Source: Cyanobacteria bacterium J06626_4
GTDB taxonomy: Bacteria; Cyanobacteriota; Cyanobacteriia; Phormidesmidales; Phormidesmidaceae
Assembly: GCA_038523235.1 (NCBI GenBank)
Contig: JBCBJQ010000010.1
Coordinates: 44,124-108,123, forward strand
Direction: 5' to 3'
DNA: 64,000 nucleotides
A program made the translations under genes and the position numbers. Each line of letters opens with the position of its first letter. Position 1 is the stretch's first letter. The notes beneath the pieces were generated by a model, which had not been told where the DNA came from, searched no databases, and saw only the letters and a program-made list of their open reading frames with translations. Positions 29,233-39,874 of this stretch are shown piece by piece.

Positions 29233-29520
29233 CAGGGACGCGATTGTCGGGCAACAAACAAGAATTGATGTGAATGCTTGCCCAGCTGTGCGGAGGGTAC
29301 CTCTGCCTCTATTCGGGGAAATTACATATAAATTTTTAGAAAACTCCTCGGGTCGTCCGCGATCGCTAAGAAAAGAGAACTGGAGGGCTCAACTCCGTAG
29401 CCAGTGTTCAGCCAACTACACTGATAGTGCAGACACTTTCCACCGTGATGCTGCGAAAAATTCGGGGTTGTCTGCCCGCTTGAGCCTCACCCTGTCAACT
29501 TCATCGAGCAACCCGCGACT

Positions 29521-30141
29521 GTGTCACCTACGATCAAAACAGTTGAGCAATTTCTCGCTGCTTACCAGGGCGGTCAGCATGAGTTTTTGCAGCTCTCTTT
29601 GCCCGGGGCAAAGCTGGCTGAGCAATATCTCCCTTTTGTCACGCTTGAGGATGTTGACTTCGAGCAGGCTAACTTACGGAGTGCTGTGCTGACGGGAGCC
29701 TCCCTAATTCGGGCCAACCTGGAGCAAGCTAATCTCCAGCGGACGAATCTGATCGGTGCTGACCTGATCAGAGCGAATCTGCTGAAAGCGCACCTAGTGA
29801 ATGTCTTACTCGCTTCCGCCAATTTATCGGGGGCGTATCTGAGTGGCGCTGATCTGCGGGGGGCAAGCCTCGCCGGAGCCAATTTGAACGGGGCAAATTT
29901 GCGCGGTGCTGATTTGCGAGAGTCTAATCTTACGGGGGCCACCCTATTCGGCACTAACCTGACCAACGCTAACTTGCGGGATGTCTCCCTTGAGGAGGCC
30001 AAACTTAGCTACACGATTATGCCCAATGGCTATTGCTTGGTCGGTGAAAACGACGTTGACGCCGACCCCAATCATTCTCAGGTCTCTCTGACAAACATTG
30101 CTGCCTATTCGCGCCTCTCGCAAAAATTCAAAAAGTTTTAG
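29521..30141 (+). CDS. Pentapeptide repeat protein
   Basis: Tandem A(N/D)Lxx repeats ending TIMPNG. Confidence 0.9.
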   Translation: MSPTIKTVEQFLAAYQGGQHEFLQLSLPGAKLAEQYLPFVTLEDVDFEQANLRSAVLTGASLIRANLEQANLQRTNLIGADLIRANLLKAHLVNVLLASANLSGAYLSGADLRGASLAGANLNGANLRGADLRESNLTGATLFGTNLTNANLRDVSLEEAKLSYTIMPNGYCLVGENDVDADPNHSQVSLTNIAAYSRLSQKFKKF

Positions 30142-30430
30142 GTGTTGCCGCAATACACTGAGCCGAGTCAAAATCATGCTGCCATCCAGGAAGTTCCAGC
30201 AGCGACTAACGATGCAAGCTGTGAGGATGCAGATGGCTGGAAATGTTGCTGCTGGATGAGGATTTCAGAAGGGGATTATCGCGATCGCGACTGAATCCCT
30301 TGAATGCTGAACCCACAAGTTACCCTGAGAGTTGCGTAACCCACTCAGTCAGGCTGATTGAGGGTGTGCCCGCCAGAGCAGAGTCGTATAATCAAAACTC
30401 GCAAGTCAACAAATAGAGAGTCAAGACGAC

Positions 30431-31672
30431 ATGGCGGACTGGCAAGTGGTTGAGGGGGGCGTCACCGCGCCGAAGGGATTTCGCGCGGCGGGGGTGGCCG
30501 CTGGGCTCAAACCGTCAGGGGCGGCAGATTTGGCGCTGATTGTGTCTGATACCGATGCGATCGCGGCGGGGGTGTATACCCTGAGCCAAGTGCGCGCGGC
30601 CTGTGTCGATTATTGCCAGCAGCGGCTCGAAGCCAAACCCTATGCCCAGGCAATCGTGATCAACGCGGGTCAAGCCAATGCCTGCACCGGCCCCCAGGGG
30701 TGGCAAGATGCCGTTACCACCTGTCAACAGGTGGCTGAGGTGCTGCAGATTCCGGTGGAATCGGTACTGGTCGCCTCGACCGGGGTGATTGGGCAGCGCA
30801 TCAAAATGGCGGCGCTGTCAGCGGGCATTCCCCAGGCGGTAGCAAGTCTTTCTGAAACCGGTTCTGCAGCGGCGGCTGAGGCGATTATTACGACTGACCT
30901 GGTGACCAAGTCAATCGCCCTAGAGATGGATTGGGAAGGCCGCCCGATTCGCGTCGGCGGTATCGCTAAGGGGTCGGGCATGATTCACCCCAACATGGCG
31001 ACGATGCTGGCCTTTGTGACCTGTGACGCCACCGTGTCACCCGCGCTGTGGCAGTCGATGCTGGGCCGGGCGATCGCTCACAGCTTTAATCAAATTACGG
31101 TCGATGGTGATACCAGTACCAACGACTGTGTGCTGGCGCTGGCCAATGGTGAGTCGCGCACGCCCGCGATTACCGAGCCTGGCCCGGCCGCTGACCGCTT
31201 GGAGGCGATGCTGACGGCGGTTTGTGATCACTTAGCGAAGGCGATCGCTCGCGATGGTGAGGGCGCTACCTGCCTGATTGAGGTCGTGGTGACGGGGGCT
31301 CCTGATGATGTCTCAGCCCGTCAAGTGGCCAAGACGATTGCCGGTTCCTCCCTGCTGAAATGTGCCATTTTTGGTCATGACCCCAACTGGGGCCGCATTG
31401 CGATGGCTGCCGGTCGCGCTGGGGTGCCCTTTGACCAAGGCGATCTGCGGATTCAGCTTGGCGACTTTTTGCTGATGCAGCATGGGCAGCCGCAGCCCTT
31501 TGACCGCGACGCAGCCAGCCAATATCTCAAGCAAACTACCGACGGCGATTACCTTAAAACCGACACCGTCACGATGCAAGTGGGTCTGGGGCATGGGGCT
31601 GGCACCGGCATTGCCTGGGGCTGCGACTTTAGCTATGACTACGTGCGCATCAACGCCGAATACACCACCTGA
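30431..31672 (+). CDS. argJ: Bifunctional ornithine acetyltransferase / N-acetylglutamate synthase
   Basis: NAGQANACTG, STGVIG, AKGSGMIHPNMATML, VDGDTSTND, DGEGAT, YVRINAEYTT. Confidence 0.96.
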   Translation: MADWQVVEGGVTAPKGFRAAGVAAGLKPSGAADLALIVSDTDAIAAGVYTLSQVRAACVDYCQQRLEAKPYAQAIVINAGQANACTGPQGWQDAVTTCQQVAEVLQIPVESVLVASTGVIGQRIKMAALSAGIPQAVASLSETGSAAAAEAIITTDLVTKSIALEMDWEGRPIRVGGIAKGSGMIHPNMATMLAFVTCDATVSPALWQSMLGRAIAHSFNQITVDGDTSTNDCVLALANGESRTPAITEPGPAADRLEAMLTAVCDHLAKAIARDGEGATCLIEVVVTGAPDDVSARQVAKTIAGSSLLKCAIFGHDPNWGRIAMAAGRAGVPFDQGDLRIQLGDFLLMQHGQPQPFDRDAASQYLKQTTDGDYLKTDTVTMQVGLGHGAGTGIAWGCDFSYDYVRINAEYTT

Positions 31673-31746
31673 TCGGTACCGCGTAACTGCCGATGACCGG
31701 CTTCCAGTAAGGTTAAGCTTTGAACGTTTTTAGGGCTCTGATTGTC

Positions 31747-33552
31747 GTGGCTGAGAACACTCCCTATCCCCTGCGATCGCTCAGTTTGGGGCTGCTCAAA
31801 AGTGCTCAACAGAGCCTCGCGCCCACGCCTCGCACCGGCCATCATCCTCGTGCCCGCTGGTGGTTGGGGCTGACCCTGCTCTACAGCACCATCATCGCCG
31901 TGCTGATTTGGGATTCCATTTCCGGCAACCCCTATGCTCTCGCTGATGATGCACGCCAGCATGTGTTTTGGATGCTGCGCTTCACCGATCCGGCCCTGTT
32001 TGCCAACGACTGGATTGCCGATTATTACCAGTCGGTGTCGCCCCTTGGCTATAGCTGGCTGTATCGCCTGGGGGCATTAGTGGGGTTATCGCCACTGCTG
32101 CTATGCAAGTTGCTGCCGCCCGTGCTCATCGTGCTGACGGCGGGGATTACTTTTTTCACCGTATTAGAGCTGAGTGCCCTACCCGCCGCTGGATTCGCCG
32201 CCGCCGCCCTGCTGACCCAGTCGGTGGAATATACCGGCACCGTGGCCTCTGGCACCTCTAAAGCCTTTGTCTATGGGTTGATGCTGCTCTTTATATATGG
32301 GTGGCTGCGGCGATCGCTCGCCTGGAGCTGGAGCGCGATCGCCCTGCAGGGGATGTTTTATCCCCAGACGGTGCTGCTCACGGCGGGTCTGTTGGTGTTG
32401 GGCTTAGTGGAGCGACGACAAGGGCGCTGGCGACTGAGTCCGGATCGCCACTTGTGGTGGCTGACCGGTGGCGGACTGATCATCGCGACGCTGGTGATTC
32501 TGTATTACGCGCTTTCGACCAGTCAGTTTGGCCCCACCATGACCGCTGCTGAAGCCCTCACAATGCCCGAATTTTTTCGCGGCGGTCGCACTAACTTCTT
32601 TCAAACCACCTGGCTGGACGCGTTGCTTTATGGTCGCGGCGGGCTGCGGCTCGATACGGCAATGACGCCCGTGACCAACTTGCTGGGACTGCTGCTGCCG
32701 CTGATGATCCGGTGGCCCCGCCGCTTTCCGCTGGCCCCATCCATCCGCCCCGAGATTGATCTGTTGCCTAAGCTGGTGGCCACAGCGGTGTTTTGGTTCG
32801 TTGCCGCCCATGCGCTGCTGTTTAAGCTTTATCTGCCCAGTCGCTACACAGGGCGCTTTCTCTTAATCGTGTTTGTGCTGGCGGGGGGCATCGCGACGGT
32901 GGTGCTAATCGACTCGCTACTGCGGGGGGCAATCGCCCTGCTGCAGTCCCCGACTACGGGTCGAGTCTCGCGCCGCAGCGGACTGGCCGGTTTACCGACG
33001 GCCCTCGCCTGTGCCCTCGCCTTGCTCGTGATGCTGTATCCCCTAACGATGCCCGGCTATCCCTCGACTTCGATGGTGCGCGGCAACGCCCCCGAACTGT
33101 ATACCTTTTTGGCCACGACGCCTAAAGAGAGTCTGGTGGCCAGTCTGTCGGTGGAAACCAGCAACATTCCCAGCTTTTCCCAACGGGCGGTGCTACTCAG
33201 TTCTGAAATTGCGATCCCTTACCATGTCGGCTATTACCAAGAAATTCGGCAGCGGGCCAAAGCCCTGATTGCCGCTCAATATAGTGCTGATCCGCAAGTC
33301 GTGACGGCGTTTATCGAACGCTATGGCGTCACCCACTGGCTGCTAGAAGCCACCGCTTTTGATATCCAGACGCTCAACCGCGATCTCTGGGTGCAACAAT
33401 ACCAACCGGAAGCGGGAGATGCCACCACCGTCCTCGCCAGCGGTCAACCGCCTCTATTGCAAACCCTGGGCGATCGCTGTGTTACCTTTCAAACCCCGCA
33501 ACATACGGTGCTTGATGCTCCCTGCATTGTGACCGAGATCGCCCCATCCTGA
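31747..33552 (+). CDS. Polytopic membrane protein, possibly GT-C-type glycosyltransferase
   Basis: Many TM segments; acidic DDARQHVFW loop after the first TM; LYLPSRY motif; start uncertain (31720 or 31747). Confidence 0.7.
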   Translation: MAENTPYPLRSLSLGLLKSAQQSLAPTPRTGHHPRARWWLGLTLLYSTIIAVLIWDSISGNPYALADDARQHVFWMLRFTDPALFANDWIADYYQSVSPLGYSWLYRLGALVGLSPLLLCKLLPPVLIVLTAGITFFTVLELSALPAAGFAAAALLTQSVEYTGTVASGTSKAFVYGLMLLFIYGWLRRSLAWSWSAIALQGMFYPQTVLLTAGLLVLGLVERRQGRWRLSPDRHLWWLTGGGLIIATLVILYYALSTSQFGPTMTAAEALTMPEFFRGGRTNFFQTTWLDALLYGRGGLRLDTAMTPVTNLLGLLLPLMIRWPRRFPLAPSIRPEIDLLPKLVATAVFWFVAAHALLFKLYLPSRYTGRFLLIVFVLAGGIATVVLIDSLLRGAIALLQSPTTGRVSRRSGLAGLPTALACALALLVMLYPLTMPGYPSTSMVRGNAPELYTFLATTPKESLVASLSVETSNIPSFSQRAVLLSSEIAIPYHVGYYQEIRQRAKALIAAQYSADPQVVTAFIERYGVTHWLLEATAFDIQTLNRDLWVQQYQPEAGDATTVLASGQPPLLQTLGDRCVTFQTPQHTVLDAPCIVTEIAPS

Positions 33553-33588
33553 CGATTACTTCGATTTATTGAAATCCCACTCGCATCT

Positions 33589-33633
33589 GCTCCCCCGCTC
33601 CCTGGCTCCCCCGCTCCCTGGCTCTTCCGCTCC
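33589..33633. repeat. Short tandem 8-bp repeat (STRR-like)
   Basis: gctccccc gctccctg gctccccc gctccctg gctcttcc gctcc between convergent genes. Confidence 0.75.
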
Positions 33634-33666
33634 GTCAGAGATCTCCCCTGCTCAGTCTCATTCCTC

Positions 33667-34581
33667 CTAAAACCGCGTGGTGCGCTTATCGATCATGTCC
33701 GCCAGGAGAGCAAAAATCGTGATCTGAATGGCAGTCACAAACATCAGCAGCGTCGTATCGGTAATGTCTTGCTGAATAAAAATGTCGATCACGAGCGAAA
33801 CACCAAAGCCGCCGAAGAAAAATCCGGCAATGGGCAAAAAGATGCGTAGAGGCGCAAAATAAACGCCCGTTCTGAGAATTAGCTGGACGAATCGTAACGT
33901 GTCGCGGATCGGCTTGATTTTGCTGCGCCCTTTGCGATGAAAGTAATCGATTGGATGATAGTAAACCACATAATTATTGGTCAGCATCGCCAGCGTAATC
34001 GTGGTCGTAAAGCTAAAGGTGTCGGGCAAAATGCCGAGGAACTTTTTGACCACGCTGGTGCGAAACACGCGCATACCGCTATTGATGTCGGGAATGGGCT
34101 GCTGGGCAATCCACTGGGCAAAGGCGACGAGAAAGAACTTGGGTACGCTTCGCAGTTTGGAATAGGTGACGTTTGCCCCCGTGCGCGCGCCCACCACCAT
34201 GTCCGCTTCTTGGGCAAGCGCAATCAGCTCGGAGAGGCGATCGTTGGGGTAGGTGCCGTCGGCGTCAGTAATCGCCACTAAGGGATATTTGGCATGGGCA
34301 ATACCGGACTTGAGCGCCGCACCGTAGCCTCGATTGCGGCGATGCTGAATCAACTGAATATCGATGCGGGTGGTGAGAATGTCGGCGGTGCGATCGCGAG
34401 AGCCGTCATCCACCACCACAATTTCGTAGATGCAGTGAGCCTGACGCAAGACCTGATGCAGCTCATTCAAGGTTTGTTCGACCCCATCCTCTTCATTAAA
34501 GACCGGTATCACGACCGATACCGCCGCCGTCTCACTGTCTGCTGTCATGCTCTCGACCGTTTCTGCGTTCTGTTCACCCAT
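33667..34581 (-). CDS. Glycosyltransferase family 2 with two C-terminal TM helices
   Basis: VSVVIPVFNEE, VVDDGSRD, NRGYGAAL, TDADGTY, DINSGMR. Confidence 0.9.
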   Translation of the reverse strand: MGEQNAETVESMTADSETAAVSVVIPVFNEEDGVEQTLNELHQVLRQAHCIYEIVVVDDGSRDRTADILTTRIDIQLIQHRRNRGYGAALKSGIAHAKYPLVAITDADGTYPNDRLSELIALAQEADMVVGARTGANVTYSKLRSVPKFFLVAFAQWIAQQPIPDINSGMRVFRTSVVKKFLGILPDTFSFTTTITLAMLTNNYVVYYHPIDYFHRKGRSKIKPIRDTLRFVQLILRTGVYFAPLRIFLPIAGFFFGGFGVSLVIDIFIQQDITDTTLLMFVTAIQITIFALLADMIDKRTTRF

Positions 34582-35160
34582 AATGTCCCTGACGTTGCCG
34601 ATAGCGGTCTCCCTGGCAGAAAGACCCGAAGCTCTCAACGCTCAAAGCTCGATAGCGCATTCGCGGGACGAATGTCAGCCGCTGTGAGCAATCGCGCTAC
34701 CCGCTGATGCAGACTGCAGTGTCTCTCTAGCTGCTGGAGTCGAACCCTCGCTCCTGAGTACCGTCCCCCCCTTGCCTGTCTGCACATTGAGAGAGCGTTC
34801 TTAGCATAAACGTCCATGTCGCTGCGACCCTAGCGCGTTCGGCCTTGGCGGGGGGTGATCGCCTCCTGTATGCCGCCGTGAATATCGCGGGTGCCGTCGC
34901 TGATTTGCTGTAGTTCATCAAAAACTCATATGACAGCTTGACACTTTTTCCTGATTCAGAATTTTCCGATTTGAAAACAGAATTAGTGAACTGAGTCTTG
35001 CAGGACGATGTCGCTCAGGCAAACCGGCATTTTTTCCATCTCCCAGCCTCGATTTAAGCGATCGCAGTCAGCTGCTCAAGCAACTAGATTTGCCTTCGCC
35101 AGGGGGGCTTGCCGAGCGTTTCTCCCAGTCTCTTTTCCCCAACCTACCTTCGAGTTGTGA

Positions 35161-37473
35161 GTGCATCCTGTGAATAATCGTCTAAGTCCGAGCCGTTGGT
35201 CGCCCATCGCTGACTATGCCTTGCTGTTAGGGTCAGGGGCCGGGGCGATCGCCTCGATTGCTACCCAAAACGCGACTGTCGCCACGGTGCCGATGACCGC
35301 ACTGGTGGCAATGGGTCTGTTGAACCGCCGCCGGATTGACCGCTACCTGCAGCAAACCGACGATAATCTGGCGATTCTAGAAGGCCAAATGGTATCGGAA
35401 GTTTCGATTTTGACCGAGCAGGTGTCGGCCCTGCCGACGCCCGAAGCCATTAATCAGCTGCAGCGGTCGGCGATGGAACACAGCGATCGCCGGTATGTGC
35501 AATTTTCTGAGGCGATCGCAGCGACTGAGAGTAACTTCCGGCAGCGCCTTGAGGCAATCGAGCGGCCCGATTTGAGCCATATTCAGCAAGACATGGCTCA
35601 ACTACAGGATCAATACACCTATGTCAGCACGACCATCGGCAACCTGAGCAAGCAGATTGAGCGGCTGTCTCACCAACCCCGCATGGAAGCGACAGAAAAT
35701 GACGTATCCCAGCTGCAAACTGAGGTCATGCAGCTGCGAGTCAGTTTGGAAAGCCTAGGCAGCGAAAGCAAAACGGCCCAAGCCACGTTGCAAGATGCGG
35801 TGCGCCATCTCGATCGGCGACTGCGACAGGCCCCCAACAGCGCCGACCCCAACATGCTGAAGGGTGAGGTAAGAGAACTCATCAAAGCCATGGCCGACCT
35901 CGTGCCGCGCCGTGACTTTAATGCCCTCTCGGAAAAAACTCGCGCCCTGCACGCCAGTCAAGAGAGTCTGCAGCAAAGTGTCGATCGCCTGCGATCGGCT
36001 CAGCCTAATGCTGATCCAGACGATCCCAACGGTATCGCGCGGCAGGCTGACCTACAGACGTTGCAGGCCGACTTGATGATCATGGCGGAAAGTTTGCAAC
36101 AGATTGAAGGCCGTTTAGAAGATATTTCAGTGCCCTTCGACATCACCTCAGAAATTCGGGGTACCACCGCCACTTATCTCAGCGGCCTGCAGTGGCAGCT
36201 CTCGCTGCTAGAGCAACAGACCCAAGAGCTGATGGATCAGCAAACAACTGAAATCGCTGCCGCCCCGACTCATCCCTCCGTGGCGGCTTTGCCGCCGGGG
36301 GCCGCGCCGCCGGTGCCGGATGCCGATGGCTCCTTACAGTGGCTCATGGCGTTTCGCGGTCAGTCGCCGACTGAGGCTTGGTCTGCCATTGATCAGGCGC
36401 TGCTGCAGGCCTTGGATGACGCTGCTGAACGACTCGTATTGGTGTGGCCCTGGTCAGCCGCCGTGCCGCTCGACGAGACCTTGATCGAGCGATTTCATGA
36501 CCTTTTGGCCAGTGGCTGTCGGCTCGAAATCGGCTGGTGTCACCCCGGAGATCGCCACGAAGGTCGCCTGCTTAAACAGATTACTCAGCAGTGGCATCTC
36601 ACCACGGCCCAGCGTCAGTTGTTGAAGTCAACGCTGAACTTGCTGCTGCCGCTCAAAAAGCAATATCCCCACCTGTTCTCGTTCAAAATTTTGGGCACCA
36701 AAGAGCAGTTCATCGTCTGTGACGATCGCTATGCGATTGTCGGGATCGATGCCTTACCTGCTGCCAGCAGCATTTTTCCAGAATTGGATGTGCGGATTAA
36801 AACCACTGAAACGAGCGTGATTGATCAGCTGCTCCAGCGCTTTGAGCATCCTGATGCGCTGCCCGAAGATGCCGTGGCCTATTTCAATCGAGCTGTTACT
36901 CGCTACGATTTACGGGATGCCGAGGGGGCGATCGCTGATTTTGCCCACGTGTTGCGCCTTGACCCAAAGGATGCCGTCGCACTGAACAACCGGGGCCTGA
37001 TCTGGGCCGAAAAGAAACAGTATCAGCGGGCGCTAGATGACTTCGATCATGCCCTGAGCAGCGATCCGCGACTGTTTGCCGCCTGGTGCAATCGCGGCTG
37101 GTTACGCCTGCATCGGGGCCAATTGGATGCGGCGATCGCAGATTTCAATCAGGCAATTGAGGCGAATACGGCTTCCGCGATTCCCTACTTTTATCGGGGC
37201 ATGGCGCGACAGCGAGTGGGCGATAGCCTGGGGGCGATAGCAGATTTCACCACCGCCATTCAGAAAAGCTCTCAAATGGCGCTGCCCTACTGTCATCGCG
37301 GCGCGGCTTACCAGCGTCAAGGCGATATCAGCCGCGCCATCACCGATCTCGAAATGGCGGCCTCTCTGCTGCATGCTCAAGGCAACCATCGTTCTCTGGC
37401 GCAGGTCACCCAGGTATTGTCCTCTTTAAAGAAAACGGCCCTCTCGCAGCCGGTGAAGCTGCATTCTGCCTAG
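35161..37473 (+). CDS. Membrane-anchored coiled-coil / PLD-like / TPR protein
   Basis: N-terminal hydrophobic segment, long coiled coil, PLD-like segment, about five C-terminal TPRs (AIADF..., NNRG, YFYRG). Confidence 0.82.
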   Translation: MHPVNNRLSPSRWSPIADYALLLGSGAGAIASIATQNATVATVPMTALVAMGLLNRRRIDRYLQQTDDNLAILEGQMVSEVSILTEQVSALPTPEAINQLQRSAMEHSDRRYVQFSEAIAATESNFRQRLEAIERPDLSHIQQDMAQLQDQYTYVSTTIGNLSKQIERLSHQPRMEATENDVSQLQTEVMQLRVSLESLGSESKTAQATLQDAVRHLDRRLRQAPNSADPNMLKGEVRELIKAMADLVPRRDFNALSEKTRALHASQESLQQSVDRLRSAQPNADPDDPNGIARQADLQTLQADLMIMAESLQQIEGRLEDISVPFDITSEIRGTTATYLSGLQWQLSLLEQQTQELMDQQTTEIAAAPTHPSVAALPPGAAPPVPDADGSLQWLMAFRGQSPTEAWSAIDQALLQALDDAAERLVLVWPWSAAVPLDETLIERFHDLLASGCRLEIGWCHPGDRHEGRLLKQITQQWHLTTAQRQLLKSTLNLLLPLKKQYPHLFSFKILGTKEQFIVCDDRYAIVGIDALPAASSIFPELDVRIKTTETSVIDQLLQRFEHPDALPEDAVAYFNRAVTRYDLRDAEGAIADFAHVLRLDPKDAVALNNRGLIWAEKKQYQRALDDFDHALSSDPRLFAAWCNRGWLRLHRGQLDAAIADFNQAIEANTASAIPYFYRGMARQRVGDSLGAIADFTTAIQKSSQMALPYCHRGAAYQRQGDISRAITDLEMAASLLHAQGNHRSLAQVTQVLSSLKKTALSQPVKLHSA

Positions 37474-37552
37474 CGGTCTACCCTCAAAGTGTTGCCCCAT
37501 CGGTTGACAGATGCCATTGTCTGCTCACTGGCCCAAAACAGTGACAGTGAGG

Positions 37553-38140
37553 TCACTTGCCCATTTGGCGCTTCAGCTCATCAAGTTCGGTTTCGGTTTC
37601 CCACCGCTGAAAGGTCTCTTCCAACGGATCGACCGGTTTGTTGAAGCTTTGATAGGGGCTTTGCTGCCAACCCGCTGTTTGACCACTCGGCTCGGTTGCA
37701 GCGGCTTGAGCGGCAGCTTGGTGAGCTTCGGCAGCGGCCATTTTGACCTTGAGTTCACGACGGCGATCGTGAATCTGACGCTGCAACTGACGAGTTTGTT
37801 CAATCCGGTCTTTGACCCCCTGCATTTGGCCCCAGATGTGATTACCCTGACGCAGTAAGGCGGCCTCACGCTCTTGAGCCGATTGCGCCAAATCTGGCCG
37901 ATTGGCGGCTTGGGCCTGGGCGGCTCGGGTATGCCAGCGCTGAATTTCTTGCGCAGTTGAGAGAATGCTGTCTTCGATTTGCTTTTCTCGACGCTTTAGG
38001 TCGCCCAGCAGATTGATCGCGTCCTCTTCTTGCCCTCGCAGCTGCTCTTCCAGCGCCATCAGTTCTAAATGAGGATTCGCCTTGAGAAATTCGTCTAAAC
38101 GGCTTTCTAAAAAACGACTCAGATCTTCAAACAAGCCCAT
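37553..38140 (-). CDS. TIGR04376-like coiled-coil protein
   Basis: MGLFEDLSRFLESRLDEFLKANPHLEL start and DPLEETFQRWE end. Confidence 0.8.
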   Translation of the reverse strand: MGLFEDLSRFLESRLDEFLKANPHLELMALEEQLRGQEEDAINLLGDLKRREKQIEDSILSTAQEIQRWHTRAAQAQAANRPDLAQSAQEREAALLRQGNHIWGQMQGVKDRIEQTRQLQRQIHDRRRELKVKMAAAEAHQAAAQAAATEPSGQTAGWQQSPYQSFNKPVDPLEETFQRWETETELDELKRQMGK

Positions 38141-38188
38141 GCCGCTCGACTCCTCCCGTGAACTGTCATCACTTTAGGATAAGCCGAC

Positions 38189-39196
38189 CTAGAACTGCTG
38201 GCCAATATAGAGGGTTCTGACCTCCCCATTGCGCCGGACAACGGCCTCTTCATTCGCCACTGAGACTAACGACCAGCCACTGTTGGCAATGCGCTCGCCG
38301 ATGTAAACCCGTTGGGGCACCTCCTCAATTTCAAATAGGGCAGCAGAGCGATCGCCCAGCTCCAACACGCCCAATAGCTTATGGGAGTTAGCTGCGACAG
38401 CGGCAACCGCGCCTGATCCAGTCGTCGGAGTTCCGGTCGCGGCCCCGCTTGTCGGGGTGCCGACGGCAGCGGCAGTCGAAGGATAGGGCACATAAACCCG
38501 CTCAATGACGTTAACCGCACCGGGCGTCGAAGGTACCCCCGCTGGCGAGGGGGATGGCAAAGCATTGCTGCCAATGGGCGGTAGGCCGACTGCATTACTA
38601 CTGTTGAGCGCCACCGTCACGTCAGGCACACCGGTGGTCGCGGTCGGGGTAGCGGGCGCATTTTGGGCAATCACCTCTAGCGATCGCCGCAAATACTCTA
38701 AAAACTCGACCTCACTACCTACAGTGGGCACCTCCACTGACGAAGCCGCAGGAGCCGTTGCGGCCAGCGGCACCTGCTGACGTTGATGCACCCAAAGGCC
38801 AATCGTCGCTATAATTGACAGCCCAGCAGCACCTAACAACGCTCGGTTCATTGTCCAAAACCGCCGCCAGCTTTGAGGTGTTGAGGTCGGCGTTGCCGTC
38901 TCGGTGCTCGCCTCTGGAGACCACTGAGTGAGGGTTTCCTCAGCAGCATGATCGAGCAACACTGCCGGCAGCCCCCCTTCGGTAAAGCTCAAGGTCAGCT
39001 CCGATGCAGCTGGGGTCTCGGCAATGTCTGGCTGCGGAGAAACTTCTAACGCCTCAACGTCACCTTCTAAGGCTCTCTCGACGCCGTCAAACAGATCATT
39101 CATCAAGCGATCTGCTGAGGCATCCGCCATCTGCTCGGGCTGCGGAGGCATGGCAGCTGACTGAGAATCTGAAAGGGAAGTTTTGCGGTCAATCAT
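38189..39196 (-). CDS. Single-TM hypothetical protein with PilP/GspC-like C-terminal beta domain
   Basis: ADRLMNDLFDGVE N-terminus, central TM, C-terminal LLGVLELGDRSAALF...IGERI...GWSLVSV. Confidence 0.72.
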   Translation of the reverse strand: MIDRKTSLSDSQSAAMPPQPEQMADASADRLMNDLFDGVERALEGDVEALEVSPQPDIAETPAASELTLSFTEGGLPAVLLDHAAEETLTQWSPEASTETATPTSTPQSWRRFWTMNRALLGAAGLSIIATIGLWVHQRQQVPLAATAPAASSVEVPTVGSEVEFLEYLRRSLEVIAQNAPATPTATTGVPDVTVALNSSNAVGLPPIGSNALPSPSPAGVPSTPGAVNVIERVYVPYPSTAAAVGTPTSGAATGTPTTGSGAVAAVAANSHKLLGVLELGDRSAALFEIEEVPQRVYIGERIANSGWSLVSVANEEAVVRRNGEVRTLYIGQQF

Positions 39197-39597
39197 GCCT
39201 TATTCTCACGGAAACACCGTCAAACGACTCTTGTAGAAACAACCTGCAGCCAAAAATACTCCATAGACGTTAGCAAGTCAGAGAAGAATGCAACGCGTTG
39301 AACCGAAATTGTTAAGAAAGTTAACAACAGTTTCCCGCGATTGCGGATTCTTGTAGCGCAGCGAGTGTAGCGGTCACGGAGTGCGGCGGTAAGGGACACT
39401 GCTGGGGCATCGCCCAAATAGGGTGGCTGCGGGTGCGGCGGCTGGGGTCTTTACGACAAAATTTTGCCTTGATGGAGTGGGGTGTCTCGACGGAGAGAGG
39501 GTGAGTGCGATCGCAACTCTACGGAATTATCGTCGTCTAAGTTCTCTAGAGCAAAGCCATTGGCCCGCTGTGCTAGTATTTGGAGTGTCTTGGGTTA

Positions 39598-39671
39598 CGG
39601 GATGTAGCGCAGCTTGGTAGCGCGCCTGCTTTGGGAGCAGGATGTCGCAGGTTCGAATCCTGTCATCCCGA
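39598..39671 (+). tRNA. trnP: tRNA-Pro(TGG)
   Basis: Acceptor stem cgggatg/catcccg, anticodon arm cctgc-tttggga-gcagg, T-loop gttcgaatcc. Confidence 0.97.
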
Positions 39672-39874
39672 TTTGCTTGAAAACGCTTAGGGTTGGGTTG
39701 GGGCTACCGATGAGAGGTCTGCCGTTATTTCGCAATTATTGCTAGCATGGCTGCGAGCTGATTGCGGCCTTGGTTACTTCGGTTGGCAAGGCGGGGCTGA
39801 GTCGAGATATCCCGCCGCAGTGGGCCAGCATTACAGGGCAGAGACCTTGTCGTTTATTGAATCTAGGGAATTGT

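Noticed and set aside
29153..29692. 179-aa ORF upstream of and overlapping the pentapeptide gene
   Set aside because: Runs through a repeat element and overlaps a well-supported CDS in another frame
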